A stretch of 64,000 bases of DNA, taken from positions 1 to 64,000 of IMG/VR virus record IMGVR_UViG_3300009181_000033; one strand, given 5' to 3'. Positions 37,339 to 45,588 of this stretch are shown piece by piece (the first letter of the stretch is position 1; every line of letters starts with the position of its first letter). A model generated the notes under the pieces. It saw nothing but the letters and a program-made list of their open reading frames with translations, was not told the origin of the DNA and did no database searches. The position numbers and the translations under genes are program-made.

Positions 37339-38650
37339 AGGCGCTCAGAACCTTCGTATCGACGTCGGAAGGATCACGGAACCTACAGAACACTGGGAAT
37401 CTTACCTTGCCATCCGCCGTAAGGCCGTCAGTGGTCAGTGGATCAGGCTGGCCTTCCACTTCAGCAATCTTGCCGATCCATGAATCAGGATCAACATTAA
37501 TCTCGGCCTTAAGCTTGTCCGTGAACCCGCCGCCGCACCGTGTCACCACACCATTCGGCATGAGAATCTCGAAACCTCCCCACATTCCTTCACGCTTGGA
37601 ACCACGGCGACCCTCGTAATGTCCGACAATGACGCCTTCATGAGTGGCAACCGGCTTGAGCTTAACCACTGAATCAGATCGCTTAAATACATAGGGAGAC
37701 TCAAGGCGCTTCACCATGATGCCTTCGTATCCGCCTTCCATCGACTTGGAATAGAAGTCCATCAGGTCCGCTTCTCCATCAACAGACTTGCCTGGAACCT
37801 GTACGACGTGTGTCGAACCGACTTCCTTGACAAGATCAGTAACGAGACCGATTCGATCTTCGAGAGTAGATTCATTTGTCTGGTCGCGCCAATCTTCAAA
37901 GTGCATGGCATCAAAGACGTGAAAAATCATGCCACTGTCATCTTTGCCTTTCTTGTGTGACATGACAACAGATGCTGACTCATTCCAATCCTGACCCATG
38001 CATTCCCCATCGAGAACAAAGTCATCCCAGGAAGCAGCCTCAAGGGCAGACTTAATTGTTGGCAGTGTCTCAAGCACACTTCCACTTCGCGTAAACATGG
38101 TCACTTCACCATTATGTTTCACAGCAATACATCGAAGACCATCGAGCTTAGGCTCGACACGAACTGGATAGTCGATGGGATCATCGATGACAATTCCCTT
38201 ATCAACCTCGAAGTGGGAGGTTAGCGATTCGGCCAGCTGCACCGAGAACTTGGCTACGGCTCCTGGCCAGGTTTTATCAACAATCGAAGAAGATGCACCA
38301 ACCCTGAGATTACGAAGCAAGATACGAAGGCACCATTTCTGCTGCGGACCAGTCATATCAATAAACAACCTCACGACTAGGTCTTTTGCCGCATTGCCGG
38401 TAACTTTTCTTGAGGACAATTTTTCGTAGATTTCCTCAAGAAAATGCTCAACAACGAGATCATCAGCACCAATTCCTTCTGCTTTGGGCATCTTGAATTT
38501 ATTCACGTAGAAATTGGTGTATGGATCACCGACTGCAACGAAGATGCGCTTGAGGAGATCGTTCTTGCTGCTACGCTCGAGAAGGTCTTCCTTGAAGAGG
38601 CGGGAGTTGTCAGACTCTAGGGCTTCGAGAATGTCGATGACGCTGTTCAT
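37310..38650 (-). CDS. lig: ATP-dependent DNA ligase
   Basis: Motif I VEPKLDGLR, LDGEC, FHVFD, EGIMVK, KRS-x3-KLK, C-terminal OB fold (GGGFTD, RFPVF). Confidence 0.95.
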   Translation of the reverse strand: MNSVIDILEALESDNSRLFKEDLLERSSKNDLLKRIFVAVGDPYTNFYVNKFKMPKAEGIGADDLVVEHFLEEIYEKLSSRKVTGNAAKDLVVRLFIDMTGPQQKWCLRILLRNLRVGASSSIVDKTWPGAVAKFSVQLAESLTSHFEVDKGIVIDDPIDYPVRVEPKLDGLRCIAVKHNGEVTMFTRSGSVLETLPTIKSALEAASWDDFVLDGECMGQDWNESASVVMSHKKGKDDSGMIFHVFDAMHFEDWRDQTNESTLEDRIGLVTDLVKEVGSTHVVQVPGKSVDGEADLMDFYSKSMEGGYEGIMVKRLESPYVFKRSDSVVKLKPVATHEGVIVGHYEGRRGSKREGMWGGFEILMPNGVVTRCGGGFTDKLKAEINVDPDSWIGKIAEVEGQPDPLTTDGLTADGKVRFPVFCRFRDPSDVDTKVLSAFEKWNNNGG

Positions 38651-38656
38651 ATTCCT

Positions 38657-38686
38657 ATATTACCTCGCAAAAAGTTGACTTTGCAC
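38657..38686 (-). promoter_or_regulatory. Early/middle promoter candidate GTGCAA-N18-TAATAT
   Basis: Ends 6 nt upstream of the ligase start codon. Confidence 0.6.
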
Positions 38687-38700
38687 CTCCGCATGGAATA

Positions 38701-39447
38701 TTACTCGATACGCTTCACAAGGGCTCCATAAGCTGAATTTTCTGGCATAAAAACACTGTATCGCTTGATCCTCGGCCGGCGCCTTGTCCCGTCGTTCACA
38801 AGGGCTTCATAAGTACCAGGTTCCACTTTGTCGGTAAGAGCAGCTCGAGGGATGAGGCGACCCCTGCCATGGACCCTAAGGTTTCTTCTAAATTCATAGG
38901 TGTTCTCCTTGAGAAGCTTCGACAGGAAATCAGAAATGGCCTGTTTCTTATTCCTCAGGTCTCTCTCGATCCTCTGTTCATTGTTTAGTGTCATGATCTT
39001 AATGGGCTTTGAAGAAATTTGCCTGATGTCATCCACTAGATCCCGCACCAAAGCGAGGCATTCCATCCGATTTTCGAAAGCTTCCCAAGCTGCAGAATAC
39101 ATGGAACCCAGTGTCATGGTAATGCCTAACTTGTTGGGAACCCACACATTTCCTTCATCGTCTTGGATTTCACACTCGCCAGTCCAGCTCATTGTGCAAT
39201 CAGCGACATGATTTTGCCATGCATTCGGCTTGTTGTCCTTGATCCTGAAGCGCAGCGAAATTTCCTTTTTCTCGGGAGCATCACTGAGAAAAACATCATT
39301 GAGATTATTAAGGCAAGAATTCTCCAGATACTGTACTGCGTCCGAAGACATGATCTTCTGGATGATGAGACGGCTGATGACGTTGGTTTCACTGGGAGTG
39401 TTCATGATCATTCTCCAATTTTTGATTTTTATCGGGAGTGTAGTCAA
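38701..39447 (-). CDS. Hypothetical protein
   Basis: 248 aa ORF, co-oriented with the early block. Confidence 0.6.
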   Translation of the reverse strand: MTTLPIKIKNWRMIMNTPSETNVISRLIIQKIMSSDAVQYLENSCLNNLNDVFLSDAPEKKEISLRFRIKDNKPNAWQNHVADCTMSWTGECEIQDDEGNVWVPNKLGITMTLGSMYSAAWEAFENRMECLALVRDLVDDIRQISSKPIKIMTLNNEQRIERDLRNKKQAISDFLSKLLKENTYEFRRNLRVHGRGRLIPRAALTDKVEPGTYEALVNDGTRRRPRIKRYSVFMPENSAYGALVKRIE

Positions 39448-39916
39448 AAGTAAAGCAAGGGTAATAGTCTGCGCCGTAATCAGTGCCGATTGTCAACCAG
39501 GTGTGGCCGGTATTAACATCTTTGAGAACCCATCCTGAAAATGCATCAATCCTTGCTCTGTCATCATCAATTTCATTACCTTCATCATCGTATCTCATGT
39601 GGACTCGGGTGGACTTTCCACCGTGCTGAAGGGCTACTTTTGCAATTGAATTTTTAAAAAATATCTTGCCCACTTCTAGCGTTTTAAAACACTCAAAATA
39701 TGATCGATATCCATCGCTAGGGTTTTCAACTGCTTCCAAGACCATTTTGGAGCCGTTTGCTCCAATACAAAAACAATTGTTGTCTACGCCGTAAAAATCA
39801 TATACCCCATTGATTAGGCTGTTAAATAATTTGTGATCAAATCTATTATCAATATCTTCTTCATCAAAATAACAACCGACCATGTGCCCTGTTCTTCCTC
39901 TAAGACAAGGTAACAA
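39389..39916 (-). CDS. Hypothetical protein
   Basis: 175 aa ORF; true start is probably the internal Met (MVGCYF). Confidence 0.6.
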   Translation of the reverse strand: MLPCLRGRTGHMVGCYFDEEDIDNRFDHKLFNSLINGVYDFYGVDNNCFCIGANGSKMVLEAVENPSDGYRSYFECFKTLEVGKIFFKNSIAKVALQHGGKSTRVHMRYDDEGNEIDDDRARIDAFSGWVLKDVNTGHTWLTIGTDYGADYYPCFTFDYTPDKNQKLENDHEHSQ

Positions 39917-39955
39917 AAAAATTCGGGACGTTGCACCAACGTCCCGAATAAAAAA
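39915..39955. terminator. Bidirectional intrinsic terminator
   Basis: 13-bp stem ATTCGGGACGTTG/CAACGTCCCGAAT with A-runs on both sides. Confidence 0.85.
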
Positions 39956-39977
39956 TCACACCAAATTCAAAAATGAA

Positions 39978-40538
39978 TTATGTCGTGCACTTTTTTCTTG
40001 GCCTGTCGACACAAGCCTGCTCTTCTGATTGAACCGATTTGACTTTTTTTGCACTAGACAGTGTCTTTTTGTACTGAAGGAAGGTTTTTAACTCCCTCTT
40101 GGCGGCGTCCGAATGGATTGCCGCATTGCCTGCCACGTAACATCGGAACGTAGCGTCAGCCCTTGGTGTCTGTGCCCAACAGCGATTGAGCACGCGCAAG
40201 GACAATGTAAGTTGTAGCTTCCGACTGGAGCAGATTTCGGAACGGGTGTGACCTTCCCAGTTCCTACCTCTCATCACCTGTCCGAGACCAACAGAACGAC
40301 CTCCATCGCCATTGGTGCTACACTTCTCTACAGACTCCTTTAGCCCGGATTCATTGACGATTGCCGCCGCCAAAAGGGCGACTGCGACCTCACTATCCAT
40401 TCGGAGCCCCTTTTCACTGTGTGACTCTGTTTCGACCACTGCAAAAATGTCCTCCGTGATCGCACCAATGCGATCAGCGTTAACGGAGGGCACGGTAGCA
40501 TGCAAGGCCAAAGCGAGTGCAGTTACTAACTGTGTCAT
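39978..40538 (-). CDS. Secreted/membrane lysozyme-like (SLT-type) protein
   Basis: Hydrophobic N-terminus; ALLAAAIVNESG catalytic-Glu-like motif followed by GDGGRSVGLGQV. Confidence 0.55.
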   Translation of the reverse strand: MTQLVTALALALHATVPSVNADRIGAITEDIFAVVETESHSEKGLRMDSEVAVALLAAAIVNESGLKESVEKCSTNGDGGRSVGLGQVMRGRNWEGHTRSEICSSRKLQLTLSLRVLNRCWAQTPRADATFRCYVAGNAAIHSDAAKRELKTFLQYKKTLSSAKKVKSVQSEEQACVDRPRKKCTT

Positions 40539-40596
40539 TTTAGTTTCTCCTTAATCACTCTCAGAATTCAACTGCGAATTCACAGAAAAAATTCAA

Positions 40597-40638
40597 AAAG
40601 TGTTCGGTAATTATACGGAACACTTTCAAAATGGACAA
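40597..40638 (-). promoter_or_regulatory. Sigma70-like promoter whose -10 box sits inside an inverted repeat
   Basis: Minus strand TTGTCC-N17-TATAAT; AAAGTGTTC/GAACACTTT arms (40597-40626) flank the -10. Confidence 0.55.
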
Positions 40639-40659
40639 TATTTGTCTTATAATAAATCA

Positions 40660-40708
40660 AAAATAAATCATCACATAAAATATCGATGATTATGTGATGA
40701 TTTATTTT
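40660..40708. repeat. Perfect 19-bp inverted repeat with 11-nt spacer
   Basis: AAAATAAATCATCACATAA (40660-40678) / TTATGTGATGATTTATTTT (40690-40708). Confidence 0.9.
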
Positions 40709-40744
40709 ATGCCAATTGTGGCGCACCTAAGCACGCAATTTGAG

Positions 40745-41107
40745 CTACTTATGTTTCTTCTTTTTTTTGTCTTGTTGGGTAATAATTTCTACTTCAATTG
40801 AAGGTGGGTCGAAGTCTTCGATATCTTCTTGCCTGCCTGTTGTTTCTTCAATGATGGGTGGTGGCTCGAGCAAAACAATGCCCTCAGTGGGTGATGAAAC
40901 AGAAAATTCAATTTCTGATTTTTTGCCAATTGTAAGATTAAACATTTCTAGGTCAGGAGTAGTAACTCCCATGGAAGAACATCTCTCCGACAAAGTTTCA
41001 TAGGCAGTTATTCCTGAATCTGTTAAAAAATCCTTTAAGGTTTTCTTTTTTCTTCTTAAGATGTCCATCAAGCCTAATTTGGACAAACTTCGTTGTTGTA
41101 ACCTCAT
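40745..41107 (-). CDS. Hypothetical protein
   Basis: 120 aa; last gene of the sigma operon; basic C-terminus. Confidence 0.65.
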   Translation of the reverse strand: MRLQQRSLSKLGLMDILRRKKKTLKDFLTDSGITAYETLSERCSSMGVTTPDLEMFNLTIGKKSEIEFSVSSPTEGIVLLEPPPIIEETTGRQEDIEDFDPPSIEVEIITQQDKKKKKHK

Positions 41108-41118
41108 TTCTAATCCTT

Positions 41119-41406
41119 TCAGTGGTTCGATTTTACATCGATTGTCTGCAAAATTTCACAGATGCCTTGTTGAAATTGCGGGGAACGAATAATTTGATCC
41201 AATCTCTGCTCTGAGACATTAACATCCCACTCCTTCAAAATAGGAACGGCAAATTTTCGCATTACACGTAAAACATAATTGCGTGCTGAAGAGTGATTCA
41301 TTTTAAAACCAATTGACGACATTGTATCTGCAATGTCTCTATAATTGATGCCGTCATTCTCCACCACAGTAGCATACGAAGGCTTCTTCGAACTATTCTT
41401 CATCAT
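41119..41406 (-). CDS. Stand-alone sigma region-4-like HTH protein
   Basis: DGINYRDIADTM....NHSSARNYVLRVMRKF aligns by eye with the sigma4.2 pattern EGLSYEEIAE....TVKSRLHRARKKL. Confidence 0.6.
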   Translation of the reverse strand: MMKNSSKKPSYATVVENDGINYRDIADTMSSIGFKMNHSSARNYVLRVMRKFAVPILKEWDVNVSEQRLDQIIRSPQFQQGICEILQTIDVKSNH

Positions 41407-41671
41407 TTACCTTTCGCAATTTTCCCATTGCCATGGGAGAAAATCTAGATTGCTGCAAAACAGCCAGCCTTTTAGCTAAATCAAAATCAGTATCATATTC
41501 ATTTTTAAGGACAATATCCTTATTTTGTTTTTCGTTCCTCTTCGACAAGAGGAATTTGCATTCCTTTATGTCATTAGACAAACTTCGGACTAAAAATAAT
41601 GTGCTGAGTGAAATAATAGCTGAGGAAAAGAACAGCATTAATTCAAGTACAAAATTTATTCCAATGCGCAT
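41393..41671 (-). CDS. Small membrane protein
   Basis: Hydrophobic N-terminal helix [22 protein letters not shown]. Confidence 0.6.
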   Translation of the reverse strand: MRIGINFVLELMLFFSSAIISLSTLFLVRSLSNDIKECKFLLSKRNEKQNKDIVLKNEYDTDFDLAKRLAVLQQSRFSPMAMGKLRKVNDEE

Positions 41672-42468
41672 CCTGCCTCTAATGCAACTAATTCTTCTGG
41701 TGAAATAAAATAATCTGAACGATTATCTGGTTCGTCAAACAAACCGAACCGCAATCTTAAAATTGCCGCCTCCTTTTCCGAGAGTGTCATCAATACACTT
41801 TTGACAATTCCCATCAATTCCTTTGAAGAAACGTTAAAGAACGGATCGTTACTTTCCTCTGTGTCCTCAAGTCTTTCCTCAAGAGTTGCAGCATCAGGAT
41901 CATTGGACACAGATTGATTCAAAGAGACAATATTCTTCCCAGAAGAAAGAGTTGCCTTCACAACAGTTTCAGACGCATCTACGATATCTGCCAAATCCCC
42001 ATCAGAAGGATCACACCCCATTTGCTCACGAAATTCTTCGGTTGCTTGCAGCAATTTCTTTTGAAGCGTTGCAGCATGGGCAGGCAATCTAATCATGCGT
42101 TTTCGCTTCAGCACATGTTGACTAATGGCTTGTTTGATCCACCAAGTTGCATAAGTTGAAAAACGAAAACCTTTTTTGTGATCGAATCTTTCGATTGCCT
42201 TTAGTAGGCCTAAATTACCTTCCTGAATGAGGTCCTCAAGAGGAATATTATGGCCTTTGTGCTTTTTTGCAATGGAGATTACAAGGCGAAGATTACTTTC
42301 GATAAGCTTTTTTCTAGCCTTTTCACCTACAGTACCACCTGTTGCATATTGCTGAAAAAGATCGATGACCTCCGGGTGTTTAAGCTGTGTAAATGATTTC
42401 ATGTCATTCAAATAGGAATGAATGATATCACTGTTTGAAAACGAGCCAATCTTAAAAGTTTCTGCCAT
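41656..42468 (-). CDS. RpoD/SigA-like group 1/2 sigma factor lacking region 4.2
   Basis: Region 1.2 IHSYLNDM; region 2 [28 protein letters not shown]-x2[17 protein letters not shown]; region 3 IRLP; region 4.1 [15 protein letters not shown], then ends with no TRERIRQIE helix. Confidence 0.92.
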   Translation of the reverse strand: MAETFKIGSFSNSDIIHSYLNDMKSFTQLKHPEVIDLFQQYATGGTVGEKARKKLIESNLRLVISIAKKHKGHNIPLEDLIQEGNLGLLKAIERFDHKKGFRFSTYATWWIKQAISQHVLKRKRMIRLPAHAATLQKKLLQATEEFREQMGCDPSDGDLADIVDASETVVKATLSSGKNIVSLNQSVSNDPDAATLEERLEDTEESNDPFFNVSSKELMGIVKSVLMTLSEKEAAILRLRFGLFDEPDNRSDYFISPEELVALEAGCALE

Positions 42469-42501
42469 TTTTATTTATCTCAAATAATCCGAGTCTTGGA
42501 C

Positions 42502-42843
42502 TCAATTAATTCCAGCTTGGATGTGATCAATGCCAGTGCCTTGATCATATGAGTCAATGAAGTCTTCTGGGTTTAATTTGATGTACTTTTCATGGGCCAA
42601 CTTCCTTGAATCCCTAATTCCATTTTCTCTCTGGATATAAGCCAATTCAATTTCCCAGGGGTAAGGGTCCATTCCTGCCTTGATTGCCTGGTCCCTTGTT
42701 AAATTCAAATAACCATACCTCTCCCATAGATCATCATCTGAAGCATATGCCAAGGAATCCATGTCTACGACATATGGCATATCGATATGGGGTCGAGAAA
42801 TGCTCTGCTGGTTGTTCTGCTTCTTGTTCTTCTTCATGTTCAA
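42502..42843 (-). CDS. Hypothetical protein
   Basis: 113 aa; strong SD AAGGAGG upstream. Confidence 0.65.
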   Translation of the reverse strand: MNMKKNKKQNNQQSISRPHIDMPYVVDMDSLAYASDDDLWERYGYLNLTRDQAIKAGMDPYPWEIELAYIQRENGIRDSRKLAHEKYIKLNPEDFIDSYDQGTGIDHIQAGIN

Positions 42844-42935
42844 TTCTCCTCCTTGTTAATTGACTTCTTAGCGTAAAAAATAACTGCGCAAGCTGTTGCA
42901 ACAATAGTTGCCGTAATTAAAAGTTTTTTTAGCAC
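42840..42935 (-). CDS. 31-aa single-helix membrane peptide (not in ORF track)
   Basis: GTG start; MLKKLLITATIVATACAVIFYAKKSINKEEN*; just downstream of a GTGTAC-N18 promoter. Confidence 0.55.
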   Translation of the reverse strand: MLKKLLITATIVATACAVIFYAKKSINKEEN

Positions 42936-42941
42936 ATGCAC

Positions 42942-42971
42942 ACCATAATCATCACACTTTCAAAAGTACAC
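42942..42971 (-). promoter_or_regulatory. Early/middle promoter candidate GTGTAC-N18-TATGGT
   Basis: Ends 6 nt upstream of GTG 42935. Confidence 0.55.
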
Positions 42972-42983
42972 GCCAGTCCAATA

Positions 42984-43208
42984 TCATTTTTCATATAGAA
43001 TATCTAGTGCTTCTTCAATTTTTGAAGACAACTGTGATAACATGCTGACCGAATCGACAAAGTCGAGAAAAATTGGTCTGGAGTTAGGTCCATGGTGGAA
43101 TTTAAATCTTCCGTGATTTGATACCATCACGTGTAGACTATTGTCAGGAGACACGTATCCTTGGATCCAAGTCTCGGTTTTTTCGCGGAGAGAAATGACT
43201 TTGCCCAT
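42984..43208 (-). CDS. Hypothetical protein
   Basis: 74 aa; SD GGAG upstream. Confidence 0.6.
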   Translation of the reverse strand: MGKVISLREKTETWIQGYVSPDNSLHVMVSNHGRFKFHHGPNSRPIFLDFVDSVSMLSQLSSKIEEALDILYEK

Positions 43209-43209
43209 G

Positions 43210-43575
43210 TTAGCTCCTTAAATCTAAGATCCCCCATTCATTGGGGTCAATCGTGTAAACGACTTTCGTGACACCCACACCCCTCAGTCTACGCTCACAG
43301 CCAGGACATGGCTTGGCTAGTGCCCAGTCACCTGTTCCTTTTGCGACCCTTGCCACCCAAACCACAGAACCATGTGTAAGCTTTCTTACTAGTCTTGTTT
43401 CTGCATGATGTCTTGGTGCACAGTCAGGCGCTGCAATATTCCTGGATGAAACAAGAACTCCATCATTCCGAAGACCCATCGCACCCAACCAAAAAGTGCG
43501 ATTGTCATCAGATCGATTTCTACCTTGCAAGGCAGCATCAGCTGCCAATTGCAGCATTTTCTTATCTGAAGCCAT
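43210..43575 (-). CDS. Single-domain cytidine/deoxycytidylate deaminase-family protein
   Basis: HAE-x(25-30)-PCPGC zinc-binding signature. Confidence 0.85.
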   Translation of the reverse strand: MASDKKMLQLAADAALQGRNRSDDNRTFWLGAMGLRNDGVLVSSRNIAAPDCAPRHHAETRLVRKLTHGSVVWVARVAKGTGDWALAKPCPGCERRLRGVGVTKVVYTIDPNEWGILDLRS

Positions 43576-43586
43576 GTGCTATTCTT

Positions 43587-43616
43587 GTTATATCACCGTC
43601 TTGCAAAATCTTGCAC
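43587..43616 (-). promoter_or_regulatory. Early/middle promoter candidate GTGCAA-N18-TATAAC
   Basis: Ends 11 nt upstream of the deaminase ATG; TG extended -10 present. Confidence 0.6.
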
Positions 43617-43649
43617 CGAAATAAAATTTTATTTTCTAAGACGAATTTG

Positions 43650-43710
43650 ATGGAGCCACCCGGGTCGAACTGAGATCGAGTGATTCAAAATCACGAACCT
43701 TAATGTCCCA
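43650..43710 (-). pseudogene. Degenerate tRNA-Gln(TTG) pseudogene
   Basis: Anticodon arm GTGA-TTTTGAA-TCAC; T-loop TTCGACC with mismatched stem; 3' GGCTCCA; D-arm largely deleted. Confidence 0.55.
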
Positions 43711-43769
43711 ATGATATCACTGCACATTGCGATGACAGCGCCTTAGTTTGCATAAATTAAATTTATGAA

Positions 43770-43776
43770 ATATTTA
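43770..43776 (+). promoter_or_regulatory. Putative late promoter motif ATATTTA
   Basis: 5 nt upstream of the endolysin ATG at 43782. Confidence 0.55.
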
Positions 43777-43781
43777 GCTTT

Positions 43782-44564
43782 ATGAATGAATCACTTATTA
43801 CTTCAATTGAAGGACTGAAATTTGTTTCAAAGTGGGAAGGTAAAATTTCACGTCCTTATTTGGATGTTGCAAAAAAATGGACAATTGGCGTGGGCCATTT
43901 GATCAAACCAACCGATTCTTTTAGTCTCATATCAAATGATCAAGTGAAAAGTCTTCTGATCAGCAAAGACAAAAATCATCCAGTTGCAAAAATAGCCTTG
44001 CCAGATGAAGAAATATTAAATATACTGTCTAAAGACGTATCTGAATGTGAAGTATCTATAAAGAAAAATATCAAAGTAGCACTAAATCAAAATCAATTTG
44101 ATGCCCTTGTTAGCTTTGGCTTCAATTGCGGCGTGGGAGTATACAGCAAATCAGGTGTCGCCACTGCATTAAATGCAGGGAAATATGAAGAGGTGTCAAC
44201 AAGACTTCTGGATTGGGACAAAGCAAGGGTTGACGGCGTGTTGCAGCCTGTTTTAAGAACTAGAAGAGAAAGCGAAGGCCAATTATTTTCAAAACCTGTC
44301 ATTGAATCACAAAATCAAATAGAACAATCAGCGACTGTCACGCAACCCAATGATCCAATAGTACCTTGGACAAAGAACGAATTAAAAATAGCACAACAAC
44401 AGCTAAAAAAAATAGGCCTATACTCCTTGGGAATTGATGGTATATGGGGAAATGGCACCAAGGCTGGCATAACAGCTTTTGCAAACAGTGTTGGGACAAA
44501 GCTATCCGTTGACTCTTCGACAGGAGTACCGCTCTCTCTCCTCAATGAATTAAAGAAAAGATAA
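43782..44564 (+). CDS. Endolysin: GH24 lysozyme with C-terminal peptidoglycan-binding domain
   Basis: WEG-x5-PYLD-x4-WTIGVGH catalytic E/D/T; LNQNQFDALVSF-x-FN-x-G; RRESE; C-terminal QQQLKKIG-x5-IDGIWG-x-GT. Confidence 0.9.
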   Translation: MNESLITSIEGLKFVSKWEGKISRPYLDVAKKWTIGVGHLIKPTDSFSLISNDQVKSLLISKDKNHPVAKIALPDEEILNILSKDVSECEVSIKKNIKVALNQNQFDALVSFGFNCGVGVYSKSGVATALNAGKYEEVSTRLLDWDKARVDGVLQPVLRTRRESEGQLFSKPVIESQNQIEQSATVTQPNDPIVPWTKNELKIAQQQLKKIGLYSLGIDGIWGNGTKAGITAFANSVGTKLSVDSSTGVPLSLLNELKKR

Positions 44565-44578
44565 TTCAATTGTGAATA

Positions 44579-44585
44579 ATAATTA
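44579..44585 (+). promoter_or_regulatory. Putative late promoter motif ATAATTA
   Basis: 5 nt upstream of GTG 44591. Confidence 0.5.
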
Positions 44586-44590
44586 AAATT

Positions 44591-45385
44591 GTGAAAAAAT
44601 TATTTTCTAAACTAGCCTCAATAATCAAACCACAGTCTCCATTGGTCCCCAAGGCAATTGATGCCACTGTGCCTACAATTAACATCATAGATGAATCAAC
44701 CCTTTTGGAAGAAAAGGATTTCTTATCCATGGTCGAAGCATGTAAAATCCAATTGGATCAACATGCAGCCCCCATGTGGCTTAGGGGGACGTGGAATATC
44801 GTGGTAAACCAACCAGGAGATGTTGGTTATCCCATTGTGATTGTTGACGATCCAGATCAAGCAGGAATTTTAGGATATCACACAAAATCACCCTGTGGCA
44901 AGGTATGGGGCAGGGTGTTTGTTAAGCCTGTTATTGACAGAAAAGGATCGATGTTAAAGGGACCACTAAGCGTCTCTGCAGTGCTTTCACATGAAATACT
45001 TGAAGCTTATTGCGATCCTGATGTCAACATGTGGGCTGACAGAGGAGACGGACTCTTAGTGGCTTATGAAATATGTGACCCTGTTGAAAATGATGTTTAT
45101 GAAATTACAACTAACTCAGGCATAGACGTTTCAGTTTCCAACTTTGTTTTGCCAACATGGTTCGATGCCAATGCACCTCAGGGTGCCAAATTGGATTTTT
45201 TGGCAAAAACTGCAAAACCATTCCAAATGTCACCCGGTGGATATACCGTAACAATGCAATCGAAAACTGGCGAAATAAAGAATGTATATGGTTCTTTAGA
45301 CTCAGAATATTTACACGGAATTAGGCAATTGCCTCATCCTGCGTCTAGATCGACCAGAAAAATATCTACAATCAAATCAACCTGA
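44591..45385 (+). CDS. Zincin-like protein (HExxE variant)
   Basis: ILGYHT, LSHEILEAYCDP, AYEICDPVE, VSNFVLP-x-WF. Confidence 0.55.
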   Translation: MKKLFSKLASIIKPQSPLVPKAIDATVPTINIIDESTLLEEKDFLSMVEACKIQLDQHAAPMWLRGTWNIVVNQPGDVGYPIVIVDDPDQAGILGYHTKSPCGKVWGRVFVKPVIDRKGSMLKGPLSVSAVLSHEILEAYCDPDVNMWADRGDGLLVAYEICDPVENDVYEITTNSGIDVSVSNFVLPTWFDANAPQGAKLDFLAKTAKPFQMSPGGYTVTMQSKTGEIKNVYGSLDSEYLHGIRQLPHPASRSTRKISTIKST

Positions 45386-45577
45386 TGATTTATTAGGGCT
45401 ATTGTAGTTGTCTGCAGCCCATCCATTTCCCCTTAAGACAAAGCTAGTTTTAGAAATCAATCTTTTATGTGTTGAAACTTTGCAGCGTGGACATGTTGCA
45501 ACAGGATTCTCATTAATTGATTGCTCAATTTCAAATTCATTACTGCAAACTAAACAAGCATAATCATAAGTAGGCAT
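45377..45577 (-). CDS. FmdB-family zinc-ribbon protein
   Basis: MPTYDYACLVC..F..QSI..CPRC..RLIS-x2-SF-x-LRG-x-GW. Confidence 0.85.
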   Translation of the reverse strand: MPTYDYACLVCSNEFEIEQSINENPVATCPRCKVSTHKRLISKTSFVLRGNGWAADNYNSPNKSSG

Positions 45578-45588
45578 TTTCTTCTCTC

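Noticed and set aside
43650-43760. tmRNA (ssrA) suggested by the 3' GGCTCCA end
   Set aside because: No GGGGC 5' domain or tag ORF at a suitable distance; a TTG anticodon arm fits a tRNA-Gln relic better
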